Shown here: positions 30,545 through 50,453 of the stretch, in pieces
Layout: each line of letters opens with the position of its first letter
Numbering within the stretch: position 1 is the first letter of the stretch
Assembly (NCBI RefSeq): GCF_009914755.1
Contig: NC_060944.1
DNA: 64,000 nucleotides
Origin: the human T2T-CHM13v2.0 reference genome, Homo sapiens
Reading direction: 5' to 3' (one strand)
Made by a program: the position numbers and the translations under genes
Notes under the pieces: generated by a model
What the model saw: only the letters and a program-made list of their open reading frames with translations
Databases searched by the model: none
What the model was told of the DNA's origin: nothing

Positions 30545-33146
30545 GTATACGATCTGAAGAGAAACGAGGGATGCAGGACGGTTAAACATCTGCAAGTCAA
30601 TAAATGTGATGTGCCATATAAACAGAATTAAAAACAAAAATAACAAGATCATCTCAATACATGCAGAAAAAGGATTTGACAAAATCCAGCATCCCTTTAT
30701 GCCTAAAACCCTCAGCAAAATCGACATAGAAAAAGCATTTGACAAAATCCAGAATCCCTTTATGATTAAAACCCTCAGCAAAATCAACATAGAAGGGACA
30801 TACCTTAAGGTAATAAAAGCTATATATGACAAACACACAGCCAACATTACACTGAATGGGGAAAAGTTGAAAGCATTCCCCCTGAGAATTGGAACAAGAC
30901 AATGATGCCCACTTTCACCACTTCTATTCAACACAGTACTAGAAGTCCTTGCCAGAGCAATCAGATAAGAGAAATAAAGGGCATCCAAATCAGTAAAGAG
31001 GAAGCCGAACTGTCACTCTTTGCTGATGACATGATCGTATACCTAGAAAGCCCTAAAGACTCATCCCAAAAGCTACTAGAACTGGTAAATGAATTTAGCA
31101 AAGTTTCAGGATACAAAATTAATGTACCCAAGTCAGTGGCTCTGCTATACTGTAACAGTGAACAAGCTGGGAATCAAATCAAAAACTCACCACCTTTTAC
31201 AATAGCTGCAATAAAAACCTGAGGAATATTATGATTATATATATATGATTATAATTATAATATAATTATAATAGTATATTCCTATAGTTGTCAATTGCAT
31301 GCAATCTTTGCATACAAAATCTTAATAATATCCGGAATACTTAACCAAAGAGACAAAGACCTCTACAAGGAAAACTACAAAACACTGCTGATAGAAATCA
31401 TAGATACAAACAAATGGAAACATATCTCATGCTCACGGATGGGTAAAATCAATATTGTGAAAATACCATACTGCCAAAAGCTATCTACAAACTCAATGCA
31501 ATCCCCATTAAAGTACCAACATCAGTCTTCACAGAACTACAAAAATTCACATGGAACTAAAAAAGACATAGAAGGAACATACCTTAAGGTAATAAAAGCC
31601 TAGAACCAAAAAAGAATCTGTATAGCCAAAACAAGACTAAGCAAAAAGAACAAATCTAGAAGCCGACTTCAAACTATACTAGAAGGCCATAGTCACCAAA
31701 ACAGCATGGTACTGGTATAAAAATAGACATATAGATCAATGGAACATAATAGAGAACCCAGAAATAAAGCCAAATACTTACAGTCATCTAATCTTCAACA
31801 AAGCAAACAAAAACATAAAGCAGAGAAAGAATACCCTATTCAACAAATGGTGCTGGGATAAATGGCAAGCCACACATAGAATAATGAAAGTGGATGCTCA
31901 TTTCTCACCTTTTTCAAAAATCAACTCAAGATGGATCAGGGACTTAAATCTAATATCTAAAACTATAAAAATTCTAGAAGACGACATTGGAAAAACCCTT
32001 CTAGACATTGGCTTAGGCAAAGACTTCATGACCAATAACCCAAAAAGCAAATGCAACTAAAACAAAGATAAATAGATGAGACTTAATTAAACTAAAAGGT
32101 TTCTGCACAGCAAAAGAAATAATCAGCAGAGTAAACAGATAACCTAAAGAGTGGGAGAAAATCTTTGCAATCTGTACTTCTGATTAAAGGACTAATGGCC
32201 AGAATCTGCAAGGAACTCAAACAAACCAGCAAGAAAAAAAAATCCCATCAAAAAGTGGGCTAAGGACATGAACAGACAATTCTCAAAAGAAGATACACAA
32301 CTGGCCAACAAACACATGAAAAAAATGCTCAACATAACTAATTATCAAGGAAATGCAAATCAAAACCACAGCACAATATGATAACCCCTTCACTCCTGCA
32401 AGAATGGACATAATCAAAAAATCAAAAACTAATAGATGTTGGCATGGATGTGGTAAAAAGGGAACACTTTTACACTTTTTGGAGGGAATGCCAGCTAGTA
32501 CAACAGCTATGGAAAACAGTGAGCAGATTTCCAAAGAACTAAAAGCAGATCTATCATTTGATCCAGTAATTCCACTCCTGGGTATCTACTCAGAGGAAAA
32601 TAAGTCATTATATGAAAAAGATACTTGCACACGCATGTTTATAGCAGCACAATATGCAATTGCAAGAATTTGAAACCAGCCTAAATGCCCATCAATCAGT
32701 AAGTGGATAAAGAAAATGTGATATAAATATTTACCATGGAATACTACTCAGCCATAAGATGGAATGAAGTAATGCATTCACAGCAACGTGGATGAAACTG
32801 GACACCATTATTCTAAGTGAAGTAACTTTGGAATGGAAAACCAAACATTGTATGTTCTCATTCAGACATGGGAGCTAAGCTATGAGGATGCAAAGGCATA
32901 AGAATGATACAATGGTCTTCGGGGACTCAGGGAAAGGCTGGCAGTGGTGAGGTGGGTGCGGTGAGGGATAAAACACTACACATTGTGTATAGTGTACTCT
33001 GCTTGGGAGATGGGTGCACCACAAATCTCAGAAATCGCCACTAAAGAACTTATTCATGTAACCAAACACCACCTGTTCCCCAAAAACCTATTGAAATAAA
33101 AAAAACCCATCATATTCCCCAAAAACCTATTGAAATAAAAAAAAAA
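30545..33146 (+). mobile_element. 5'-truncated L1PB1-like LINE-1 (RT and C-terminal ORF2 remnants, 3' UTR)
   Basis: ORF fragments [35 protein letters not shown]; 3' UTR gatgggtgcacc..aaatctcagaaatcgccactaaagaacttattcatgtaaccaaacaccacctgttcccc; probable TSD aaattaacca. Confidence 0.88.
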
Positions 33147-33406
33147 TTAACCACAATAATATTTAGCATTGGGTACGAGGGCCTTAATGGATGGGAACGC
33201 TGCAGTCACATTACAGCAATCCACTGTGAAACACCATTTATTCTTTGCAGGTTTAAGAACAGGCCAAATTCTACTGCTAAATGTTGAAGCAATGAGGATA
33301 ATCACCCCTTCACTAATTAATTAGGTCTTATATAATAAGTTTTATTTATTTGAAGTCATGTTGTAATTTCTATTGGACCATATTTGCTAATTTATCAAGA
33401 TGGGGA

Positions 33407-33730
<324 letters not shown>

Positions 33731-34202
33731 CAGGAGAGGGAGTTCTGTAAGGTTACATTTGTGAAGTCAATGTGTAAGTGCAAATGGTTTAATTTCAATT
33801 TGTTACTCATTAGGTCAGAGCATCCATGTCCCCTATGGACAAAGTCTTCTATGACTACAGGAAATTTAGTCAAGGTAAAAAATATGAGGCATAACTATGT
33901 GTCCTCTATTCTATATGCAGTTACTCTGCTAGGATTAGGGGGTGCAAAGTTTAAATTTAGTGAAATCTCAGGTATAACAAAGTTTGAGCTCCAGTATTGA
34001 TTACGTTTGTGAAGGTATACCAATTGGTAGATTTCAGCAGATGTTAAATTGATTCAGAATATATGCTGGAGAGTTACAAATACCAGTCAGCACCCTTTTA
34101 TCTTTGGACTATATAAATTGTTTTAGAAGATAGTACATTTCCAGTTAGGTCAGATGATAGACTTCCGTTTTAATTTAAATTTTGTTTTTGTGCATATCCA
34201 AG

Positions 34203-34513
34203 TTCCTTCCCTTCCTTTCTTCCTTCCTTCTTTCCTTCCCTCCTTCCTTCCCTCCTCTTTCCTTCCTTCCTTCTTTCCTTCCTTCCCTCTCTCCTTCCTT
34301 CCCTCTCTCCTTCCTTCCTTCCCTCCCTCCCTCCTTCCCTCTCTCCTTACTTCCTCCTTTCCTTCATTCCTTCCTGCCCTCCTTCCCTCTCTCCTTCCTT
34401 CATTCCTCCCTTCCTTCTCTCCTTCCTTCCTTCCATCCCTACCTCCCTCCCTACTTCCTTCCTTCCTTCCCTCTCTCCTTCCTTCCCTCCTTCCTTCCTT
34501 CCTTCCCTCTCCC
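34203..34513. repeat. (CCTT)n/(CCCT)n polypyrimidine tract
   Basis: About 310 bp that are almost exclusively C/T on the + strand. Confidence 0.95.
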
Positions 34514-35369
34514 TCATTTTTTTGTCACTGGATATGGGGAAGGTTGTTCTCTTTCCCACTCATATTTATAATTTTTTTATTTGAAACAGCCCCAAATCAG
34601 TATCTTCAGAGTTAAGGTCCTGCTTGTGAGCAGATTGTGTGGTTTAAGAACCCTAGACTTAGGTTTGGATTTCTCCCTTCTCTGCCTCAGGGGTACCGCA
34701 GGTGTCTTTTCCTATAACCCTGGGAATTAGATCTTTGTTGCGGCAGAACCATCAGTGCGATGCAGCACAACCAGCCCACAATTCAGGGGTCAGTGGATTG
34801 AAATCATCTTCTGCTACGGCTCCATCTGGTTCTTCTAGGACTTCCCTCCATCTTTTTTATTGCTTTTAGGGTGTTGAAACTTTAGTGGCATATACATTGC
34901 CTCATAATCAGTCAAAACTCCACTTATCCCACGTCATGGATTAAAGAGAACATTGCCAGGAGCCCTTCACTCTTCTAGAAGGACTTTATTTGATAGGTCC
35001 TTTTTCCATGGTTTAGAATAAAAGAGGTAATAACTAGAAATGTCTCCCTCATAATAGGCTCTACAGCAAATTCTATTTTAAAGGCTGTTGTTCGTGTCTT
35101 CAACTATGGCTGTCTTTAATGTTTTTGTCATCCACAGACAGTTGTTGTCTCATTTTGGTCCTCTTTAAATAATGGTTTTATAATCAGCTATAAAATCTAA
35201 CAGATGACCTTAAATGCAGGATTCTGCTTAATAACGCTGGAGATTGTGACATTAGAATAGAAGGAAAACTTTCAAATAGAAGAGTGAATGGTGTTTGGTC
35301 TACTTTGGACCGTATTTTTATAAATATGTTATTAGTATGTATTCCAAAATTATTGGAAACTTATATAGA

Positions 35370-35710
35370 AATGTAATCCCCAGTGTTGGAAATGGGGCCT
35401 GCTGGGAGGTGGCTGGTCCATGGGAGCAGCTTCCAGTGGTTCCCACTGTAGGAGATGGGGCCTGCTGGGAGGTGGCTGGTCCATGGGAGCAGTTTCTAAT
35501 GGTTAAGCATCATCCCCCTAGCGCTGTTCTTGTGATAGAGTTCTCATGAGATCTTGTTGCTAAAGTGTGTAGGACCTTCCCCCTCTCTCTCTTCCTCCTG
35601 ATCTTGCTTTCCCTTCCACCATGATTGTTAAGTTTCCTGAGGCCTCCCCAGAAGCTGAGCAGATGTCAGCATCATGCTTGCTGTACAGGCTGTGGAAGTG
35701 TGAGCCAATT
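35370..35710 (+). mobile_element. MST (ERVL-MaLR) LTR fragment with an internal ~63-bp duplication
   Basis: tgtaatccccagtgttgga..gggaggtggctggtccatgggagcag (twice)..taagtttcctgaggcctccccagaagc..tgtgagccaatt. Confidence 0.8.
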
Positions 35711-35731
35711 TTCAGTGCTCTTCTGTTTTCT

Positions 35732-36420
35732 TTTTATTTTATTTTTTTAAATTTTATTTTAAGTTCCAGGATACATGTGCAGGACATGCAGGTTTGTTAC
35801 ATGGGTAAACGTGCACTATGATGATTTGCTGTACTTATCAACCCACCGCCTAGGTATTAAGCCCCACATGCGTTAGCTATTTATCCTGATGCTCTCCCTC
35901 CCTGTCCCCAACGACAGGCCCCAGTGTGTGTTGTTCCCCTCCCTGTGTCCCTGTGTTCTCATTATTCAGCTCCCACTTATGAGTGAGAATATGCGGTGTT
36001 TGGTCTTCTGTTCCTGTATTAGTTTGCTGAAGATGATGGCTTCCAGATTCATTCATATCCCTGCAAAAGACATGATCTCATTCCTTTTTATTGCTGCATA
36101 GTATTCCATGGTGTGTATGTACCACATTTTCTTTATCCAGTGTATCACTGACGGGCATTTGGATTGAGTCCATGTTTTTGCTATTATGAATAGTGCTGCT
36201 ATAAACATACGCATGCATATATCTTTATAATAGAATGATTTACAGTCCTTTGGATATATACTCAGTAATGGGATTTCTGGGTCATATGGTCGTTCTGGTT
36301 CTAGATCCTTGCAGAATCGCCAAACTGTCTTCCACAATGATGGAACTAATTCACATTCCTGCCAACAGTGTAAAAGTGTTTATTTCTCCACAGCTTTGCC
36401 AGCATCTGTTGTTTCTTGAC
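35732..36420 (-). mobile_element. L1PA8-like 3' fragment (~690 bp)
   Basis: Diagnostic 3' UTR caacccaccgcctaggtattaagccccacatgcgttagctatttatcctgatgctctccctcc. Confidence 0.82.
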
Positions 36421-42558
<6,138 letters not shown>

Positions 42559-44657
42559 TAGTCTTCTGTTTTCTAGATTTTTTAGTACACTTCTGTTTTC
42601 TAGATTAAGACATTCCTATGGAAAATTTTTCTCTCATTTTTTTTTTTAAGCACATAAGACATCCTTAAAAAAATCCTGTTTTTTTTAAAAGATTTTCTAC
42701 TTATCTTTGTTTTTTTAGTGATAAGTGGTTTGAAAGTGAACTGCATTCATATAGTTTTCTTCACATTTCTTGTGCTTGAGGTTATTTGAGATTCTTAAAA
42801 CTGTGGGTTTATTGTTTTCATCAATTTTGTATTTTTTTCCTACTATTATTTCTTCAATTTTCTGGGGTTTTTTAGCTTTTGTTTTGTTTTGCTTTGTTTA
42901 TTCTCCTTTGGGTATTCCAATAACATGTAAGTTATGCTACTAAAAGTTGTTCTACAGCTCACTGATTTTTTTTTTAATGTGTACTTTCTTTCTGTGATTT
43001 ACGCTGGTTGGTTTCTACTGTGTTCGCAGGGTTGGCCTGGTGTGACTCTGTGGCTTTCTTGAGACATTTGAATAGTACCAAATTTTATTTAAAAATTTTA
43101 ACCAACACACTATGTTTACTCATGTTTGAAGGAAAGCTCTTGGCTGTTCCTCTTTTTTCTGCCTCACTCTTACCAATGTAGATGACAGAGCCTTGCAGAC
43201 TCATCTAAGCCTTGTAAGACTCCATACCACGTTTAAAAAAATCATAACTGCTTTTTTGGTTACATATTATAGAGTCATTATTTAATTCTGAATCTAGCTT
43301 TAATTTTTTGTTTAAAGCAGGAAATATTTTTTGTTCCCACTTAATGCTATTGAGTAGGGATATTTGTGTTGATGCTTACTTGAGGACTAATAATTATAGT
43401 TGGCCATGAAGCAAAAATCACATATTTCTAAATTACCCTTTCAAAAGATTCATTAAGTTGCCTGTAAATCACAATGTAGACCAAAGTATTTATGCAGTAC
43501 TTTAGAGACTCTCAATAACGACAAATATCCAGGTTTCTCTAGTAGAAAAGAACAGTTGAGTACCAAATAGTTTGCATTTTATCATCTAACGTTCTTCAAA
43601 AATAAGATTTTAAGCATGATAATTACACTCAGAGCAGTGAGATGTTCATACTCTGAGAGGCATTTAGGATGTGAAAGTGAGAAAACAAGATTTTGTGAAC
43701 GTAGTCTTGGGATTACTCACTGTGTGTCTTTCAGCCACTTCCCCTCTCCCTCTCCTTTCATCACTTTCTTCTCCTTGATTTTGAGTTGATTTCTGTATAT
43801 TTATAATGGAATTTCCCAATGTCATATTGTCTCAACAGCACATTATGAAACAAGTACTTTTAAATTTACATTCAAACACAGAGAAGTAGAAGTTCTTCTT
43901 TGAAAGTAGGGGTTCTTCTTTGAATGAACCCTACATTGCCTTTGGGGGGTGGTCATTATGTATAATTTTTAAAAATTGCTAACATCTGAAGCTAAAATTC
44001 ATTTTTTTGTATTAAGTCTAATACTTTTTTTAACTTAAGTGTAGATTTTTTTAAATGCTCCATAACGGTTTTATTTATACGATTTTTGTCACTGCAATTT
44101 GATTGCTTCATTCATTGCTTTCTTTGTAATACCATTTCTTTCAAATATCATGCTTTCATTGGTTTCATGAACAGATTTATACTTTAGAGTGTGAGCAAGG
44201 ATGTTCTGTTAAATAAATGGGAAAATTAATCCTCCCGAATTTATATTGTCATGTGGAAGTGAAGAGTAGGTTTAATTTTGTAGCATTTCATCCAGCTTTG
44301 TCTCCATCCTTTGATACATGAACAAATTACATGAGTGAAGAACACCACTGTGTTTTCTTAAATAACTTTTCAACTTCAGTAAGTCATGCAAGGATCAAAT
44401 GTGAGAGAAATAGAGAACCTCAGGATCAACTCAAGTACTTTTGGAAAAAGTACTGAAAAATGAGGTGGGGTAGTTTCAAAACTGACCTGCTCAGCATTGA
44501 AAGGATCTTGTTTCTTAAGGAAGCCATGGAGTTTTATCAGCTTAAAAATGAGTGGTTTGTAAAATGAAATTTTTTTTCTTTTAAACTTACTTTTGAAACT
44601 TCCATTCTTGTTCGTGGATTGTGGTTTGTTAGAACAGTGATTATTTAGTTTTTATGA

Positions 44658-44972
<315 letters not shown>

Positions 44973-46287
44973 GTTTCTTGTATTTGATGATGAAAATCTG
45001 TTATTAACAGGCACCGGGCCTGTTTCTTGTATTTTATCATGAAAATCTATTATTGACAGTAAGAGGATGGAGGCTCAGGTTAACAACAGGGTGTTAGAAA
45101 AGCAGCAGTAAAATTTTGATTCTCAAAACATTTGATGTCTTATTCCTTTTTTTGAACATAGGTTTTGCTAAAAAAGACCAGTCATTTTGAAACTTGATTT
45201 TACTGTCATGTTCTCATTTTGAAATTCATCTTATTGTTTGTACGAATTGGCAGACCTATGTGGGAAATGTCGGTTTTGCATATTTTCAGATTATTTTCAT
45301 TTTTACATCAGAGATTTTGAACAGATGCTATACAAAAGTATTCATTTATTTATTCAACAAAATTTAGTGCTGGTTATGTTGCAAGCACTTAGTGAACTTC
45401 ATGCTGTACGTGCCTGAGATACTTTCGTGAATGTAATGGCAACATCAAAAACTTTGCCCTTGTGCACCTTATAAACCTTTAATTTCAAGGCATGTTGATG
45501 AGTGGGCATCTGCTATAACATACTTTCATGGTCATTTAATTCACCATTATTTGGGTGTACCTTATATTAAAGCTGATTATTAAAAACTGGAAAATATTTA
45601 ACACATCTTCATCTTGCCTTTTTCCTTAACATATGTAGATCAAGGGAGTCACTGAGAATCAATTTTAGGGATAGTTATAAAAATCTTAACTTTGCAACTA
45701 TAACTTTGTCCTCAATGTAATAACTGGAAAAAATAATTTACATTTCAAAGGCTTTAATCTTTGTATTTTTTTGAAAAGGAGCCTTCACCGAGATTCTTTA
45801 AAAATTCTTGCTCTGTCCTATAGTAGAGACTGATAGACTCATGGATATTGTCCTCTAATGGATCTGTACCACCTCAGTTCTCTGATTGTCGCCCTCCCGT
45901 AGTGAAAATTAAAGCTTATTTTCATTTCATGTCTAGGATGTAGTATGTTCTTGTTGGGAAAAAAATGATGTTTCTTGAGAAATAAGTGCCTTCAGTATCA
46001 CTGTGTGTCACTTAATAAATACGACAAATATCTACTTTTACCAATTGCTGCAATTTGATCCTTAAACAGCCGTCTTTAAATTGTACTTTTTCTTCGGTTA
46101 AAGAAAAGTAATTATAATAGACATTAATTATTTTTACATAATTTTATTATGTGGACAGCCATTCTTATAACTAAAACTTTCGGATGTTTATATTACAAGT
46201 ACAATTATTATTTATTATTATTAATGTCAGTAGCCAAATGTAATCAACTCTCTTCCTTTTACTTCCTTTTTTGAATCAAAATATTAC

Positions 46288-46540
46288 ACTTATAGAAGCA
46301 AGAGCAACGGCTCTATATCTGGATCACTGCCGTGCCTAGAAGATACAACAGCACAATTTACAAATCCAAATTTCCAGGAAGTCTCTCCACATACCTCTAG
46401 TACAAAAGATGCTTCAGAGACTAGAGGGTCAGTGGGGAAAGAGAGAAAATATTCAACTCCTAGTTCAGGACAAAAGGGAAGAAAGCCGGCTGTTGAAAGA
46501 AATCCAAGAATGACTGTCGCAACTCGCTCCTTTCTGTAAA
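46288..46540 (+). pseudogene. MLLT10: Isolated duplicated MLLT10 (AF10) exon in intron-like flanks (MLLT10P-type fragment)
   Basis: Translates TYRSKSNGSISGSLPCLEDTTAQFTNPNFQEVSPHTSSTKDASETRGSVGKERKYSTPSSGQKGRKPAVERNPRMTV.. versus AF10 TYTSTSNNSISGSLKRLEDTTARFTNANFQEVSAHTSSGKDVSETRGSEGKGKK..GRKPGGGRNPGTTV. GT donor at 46541, AC in place of an acceptor AG, terminal TAA. Confidence 0.9.
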
Positions 46541-47286
46541 GTATTCATGGTGTTTTACTTAAAATATTTGCTCTTATGATGGTCAATAATATTAATAGTT
46601 ATGCTTTGTAAAAGAATTTATTCTTTACTTATAATTAATGGATCATTCTAAGTTATTATATGTTTAGTTGCTATAGTAAGATGATGTGAAAGATTTGTTG
46701 CCTGTTAAATATTTCTGGGATCTTTGCTTTATTTTTATATTATGATTTGTGCTTCCAAAGTTGAGCTGTAATTTTATTGTTTATACAAATGTAGAATAAA
46801 GCTTAAGTTTGGGGAGAAAAATAAAAGCTAGAGTTTTCCTTTCAGCTATAGAACAGTCATTTATTTCTATAAATGCTTTTTTATGTAGCTTTCCTAGTTC
46901 CACATTTAAAAAGATAAATATGGGGATCTACACAGGTCTCAGTAAATAATAGTTCTTGATTAATAATGCATTTAGTATAAAGCTTGAAGTTTAAAGTAGA
47001 ATTTTGCTCAGCCTACATCTTTTATGGTCAGGCTGCTATAATTATGTAATACCCAGTTAAATTTCAATTTCAGATAAACAAGCAATAATATTTTAGTATA
47101 ACCATGTCCCAAATATTACATGGGATATACTTACACTAAAAAAAGTATTTGTTTATCTGAAATTTCAAATTAACTGGGCATGCTATATTTTCTGTGGCAA
47201 CCTGTTTTATAGAGAACAGTGTAAGTCAGCTAAATTTTAGAATACTTAACCCTAACATGGTGTTCTAGGTCTTTCCTTCTTGTAAT

Positions 47287-47800
47287 TATTATTATTATTT
47301 GGAGTCAGGGTCGTGCTCCATCACCCAGGCTGGAGTGCAGTGGCACAATCACAATGCCCTGCAGCCTTGAGCTTCTGGGCTCAAGTGATTCTGGCACCTT
47401 TGCCTTTGCCTCCCAAGTAGCTAGTACCACAGGTACGTGGGCCCAGCTAATTTTATTTTTTTTTTCTCAGAGACAGGGTCTTAGACTGGTCTGGAAATCC
47501 TGGGCTCAAGCAATCCTCCCACCTCTGCCTTCACTTCCCAAATAGCTGAGACCACAGGCACAGGCCACCACCATACCCAGCTTATTTTTTATCAGGTTGG
47601 TGCAAGAGTAATTGCGGGGTTTGCCATTGAAAGTAACGGCAAAACCTGCAATTACTTTTTGTACCACCCTAATAATTTTTTGTGGAGACAGGGTCTTGCC
47701 CTGTTGTCTAGGCTGGTTTCCAACTCCTGGGCTCGAGTGACCCTCTTGCCTTGGCCTCTAAAAGTTCTGGGATTACAGACAGGAGCCACTGCACCAGGCT
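47287..47800 (-). mobile_element. Rearranged AluJ-type fragments hosting a MADE1
   Basis: Several Alu arms on the minus strand, interrupted at 47592-47672. Confidence 0.75.
47592..47672. mobile_element. MADE1 (Hsmar1-derived MITE)
   Basis: aggttggtgcaagagtaattgcgg..ttgccatt..ggcaaaacctgcaattactttttgtaccaccctaa palindrome with TA on both sides. Confidence 0.92.
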
Positions 47801-50344
47801 ACTTTGTATAATTTTTAACATAAACATAAATATTTTGAGAAATAGATATGTTAAAACCATTGGAGGAAAATATATTGTAAAGTATACAATAGAAAAAAAA
47901 ACAAAATACAACAAATACAACAAAAAATTATCAAAATTTTCAGAGGAACAAAACAAAATCTAGTTTTACAATCTTCAGAATTCAATCCCATTATAACAAA
48001 TGTATAAAGAAACATATTCAAAGAAAAAGGCAATCAATAGAGACTGACCTCGAGATGACCCAGATGTTGGAATTAGTGTGGATTTTTAAAGTAGTTAGTG
48101 TAATTCTTACTAAAATCAAAACCCCAAAAACCCTTAAAATAAATGGATAGGAAATCACAGCAGAGAAGAAGAAACTACAATAATAACAAAGGCTCAAGTG
48201 GAAATTCTAGAAGTGAGAACGTTTTCAAAATTAAAAAATAATAATCAGTTGTGTTCAGGAGCAGCTTGGAGGTGGTAAAGAGTCAATGAACCTTAAAATA
48301 CAATTGAAATGATTCAATCTGAAAAATGTGAGCAGTCATAGGTTGGGGTGAGGGAGCTTTTCCTTTGGTTAGTGCTTTTAAGTAATCTTGGTTTTGATAA
48401 GATTACTAGACTGATCCGTCAGTGGCATGCTAAGCCAGAGTTTATCTTGGTTTCAGTAGTGCTTTAAACAAAACTCATGATATCCTTGTGTACAAGATGG
48501 AAGAAGAGTGGACCAGATGACAATATTTAGATGAAGTCATTCTTAACCTCCGTTGTTCTCCCAGTGGTCTAGCTGCGGTTTGTATAAAGTGGAATGGGAG
48601 GAATAGGGAAGCAGTCCCCACCTACCCTCTCCCCTTGTCCACTTGTCCTCCTTCACTAGTGGATAAAGTCCACGGGAACAGGCAAGTTATTTTAAATCTG
48701 TATCTTCTGTTGTCAAGATCTGTAATCAGTTCTGCTCGCTGGACTGGGGACAGGAACCAAGGGAACATGAGGGTGAACGGGTTGGCATGGAGTCCAGGAA
48801 CACACTGTGCCTACATGCAGAATGTTTGTGCCAGGAAAGCCAGTCGGCAGGCAGATGGTCTCAGATACCAAGCTAGTGTTGGGAAGCAAGAATCAGTCTC
48901 TTGAAGGTGGTGTTCCTCATTCTGTGGTTTCTATCACTTGCTTCAGAATGACCTGGAGTACTTATTAAAATGCAAATTTTGAGCCCAATCCTAGACCTCC
49001 TAAGCCTGCATCTCTACGGATGGGTCTCAGTAGTCAATATTGGAAACGTGCAGGTCCCTAGGAGATGCTTATGCATATAGATTTGAACTGTTGTGTTTAA
49101 GGGTTAGGGAGCTGGCAAAAGCAAGGAATAGACCAAGCCCTTGGGTGGGAAGGCTCCATAACCTTGGCACTGTTAGCATTCTGGGTGGAACAGGATTCTG
49201 CCATATGCTTTGCAGCATCCCTAACCTCTACTCTCTAACACCGTATTCCAGTTGTGAAAACCAAAAATGTCCCCTGGGAGGCAAAATAGTCACCAGTTGG
49301 GAACTGGAACCACTGCTTTGTGGGATCAGAGTGGTTACTTTGTTCCCAATCCAAGGATCAGAACACAAGATGAGAGAAAGTCCAGTTATTGGAACTGGAG
49401 TGCCAAGTTGAAGCTAGATCTACAACAAAAGCTCCAAAAGCTCCTTTATAGGGCTGATTCCATGCCTCAGCTACCTAGCTTGTACAGATGCCATGTAACT
49501 CTAGATTTGGTGACAGAAGGAATTTAAAGGCTAGAACTAGATAGGGTCTTTCAGGTTAGGCCAGCACACAACGTGGACTTTTGACATCATCCAGATGCTT
49601 AAACCAATCTCACTCCTGAGGCAGAATTTCCCGTGGCATCTGATACACAGCCTGGCTTTGGAGCACTCACTGGGATTAGATGCCATGGGAATATTGTGTT
49701 TAGGAACTCTGAAAGAGACAGGCTTCAACAAAGCAGACCTAAGCAACACGTAGCGTCTGAACTTCTTTATCAGCTTCCATTCCAGGCCAGGAGGACAAAA
49801 GCATCACATACATATCCACTGTGGCAAATCTGTCCTCAGTAGGGAGTTTCCTCAGTACTACTCTCCCCTCTGTTCTGAGCCTACTTGCTCCTTTGTAATG
49901 TTTCCACTTTCTGATCCACTCCCTAATAGATGATTTGTCTTCTCTGCCCAGCCCCCTAGTTCTAATATTTGGATTGTCTGTGATCTGGGTAGTACTTAGG
50001 AGGTAGAATCAAAGCCTTGTTGATTGGATTGGGAGTTTCTAACTTCCTATTAAAGGCACTGATTAAGCATCTATTGTATAAAGTAAAGTAAGATTATGAT
50101 CCAGTAAGAAAGTTTCCACAAGTAGCGCAGGAAGAATTGGTTTCTAGTGCACTTCATGCTTCAGGACAGGAAACCCAGAAAATAATTCTGTGGTACGTTA
50201 AGTGTGTACTGTAAGTTTCATTTCCATGTGAAAAACTGTAGTTAGCTAAAAAGTACATCCATGAAGAATCCTGATTAAACTTGTTTAATCCTGGTTAAAC
50301 TAGCTACTAGCTAAACAATAATTTCACAACAACTCAAGAACTCT

Positions 50345-50453
50345 GTAAAAGCATTTCCTCCGAATATTTTATTCAGAAAAAAACACAAAAAGATAAGGCA
50401 GAAACAAAAATCCCAGTCATTTGCTGTATCTGTTGGCTTTCAATTTGGCCCTC
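50345..50453 (-). pseudogene. FRG1: FRG1 paralog terminal exon 9
   Basis: RAKLKANRYSK* (stop 50417-50419); in-frame acceptor position reads CAA rather than CAG; polyA signal 50368-50373. Confidence 0.9.

Noticed and set aside
34154-34615. Pro/Ser/Leu/Phe-rich ORFs
   Set aside because: Translation of the CCTT tract.
34600-35360. Possible ERV internal fragment
   Set aside because: Only vague resemblance; no diagnostic motif or boundary could be supported.
45494-45577. Possible C/D-box snoRNA (TGATGA...CTGA, ~80 nt)
   Set aside because: Imperfect C box, no terminal stem and no evident rRNA guide; expected by chance in AT-rich DNA.
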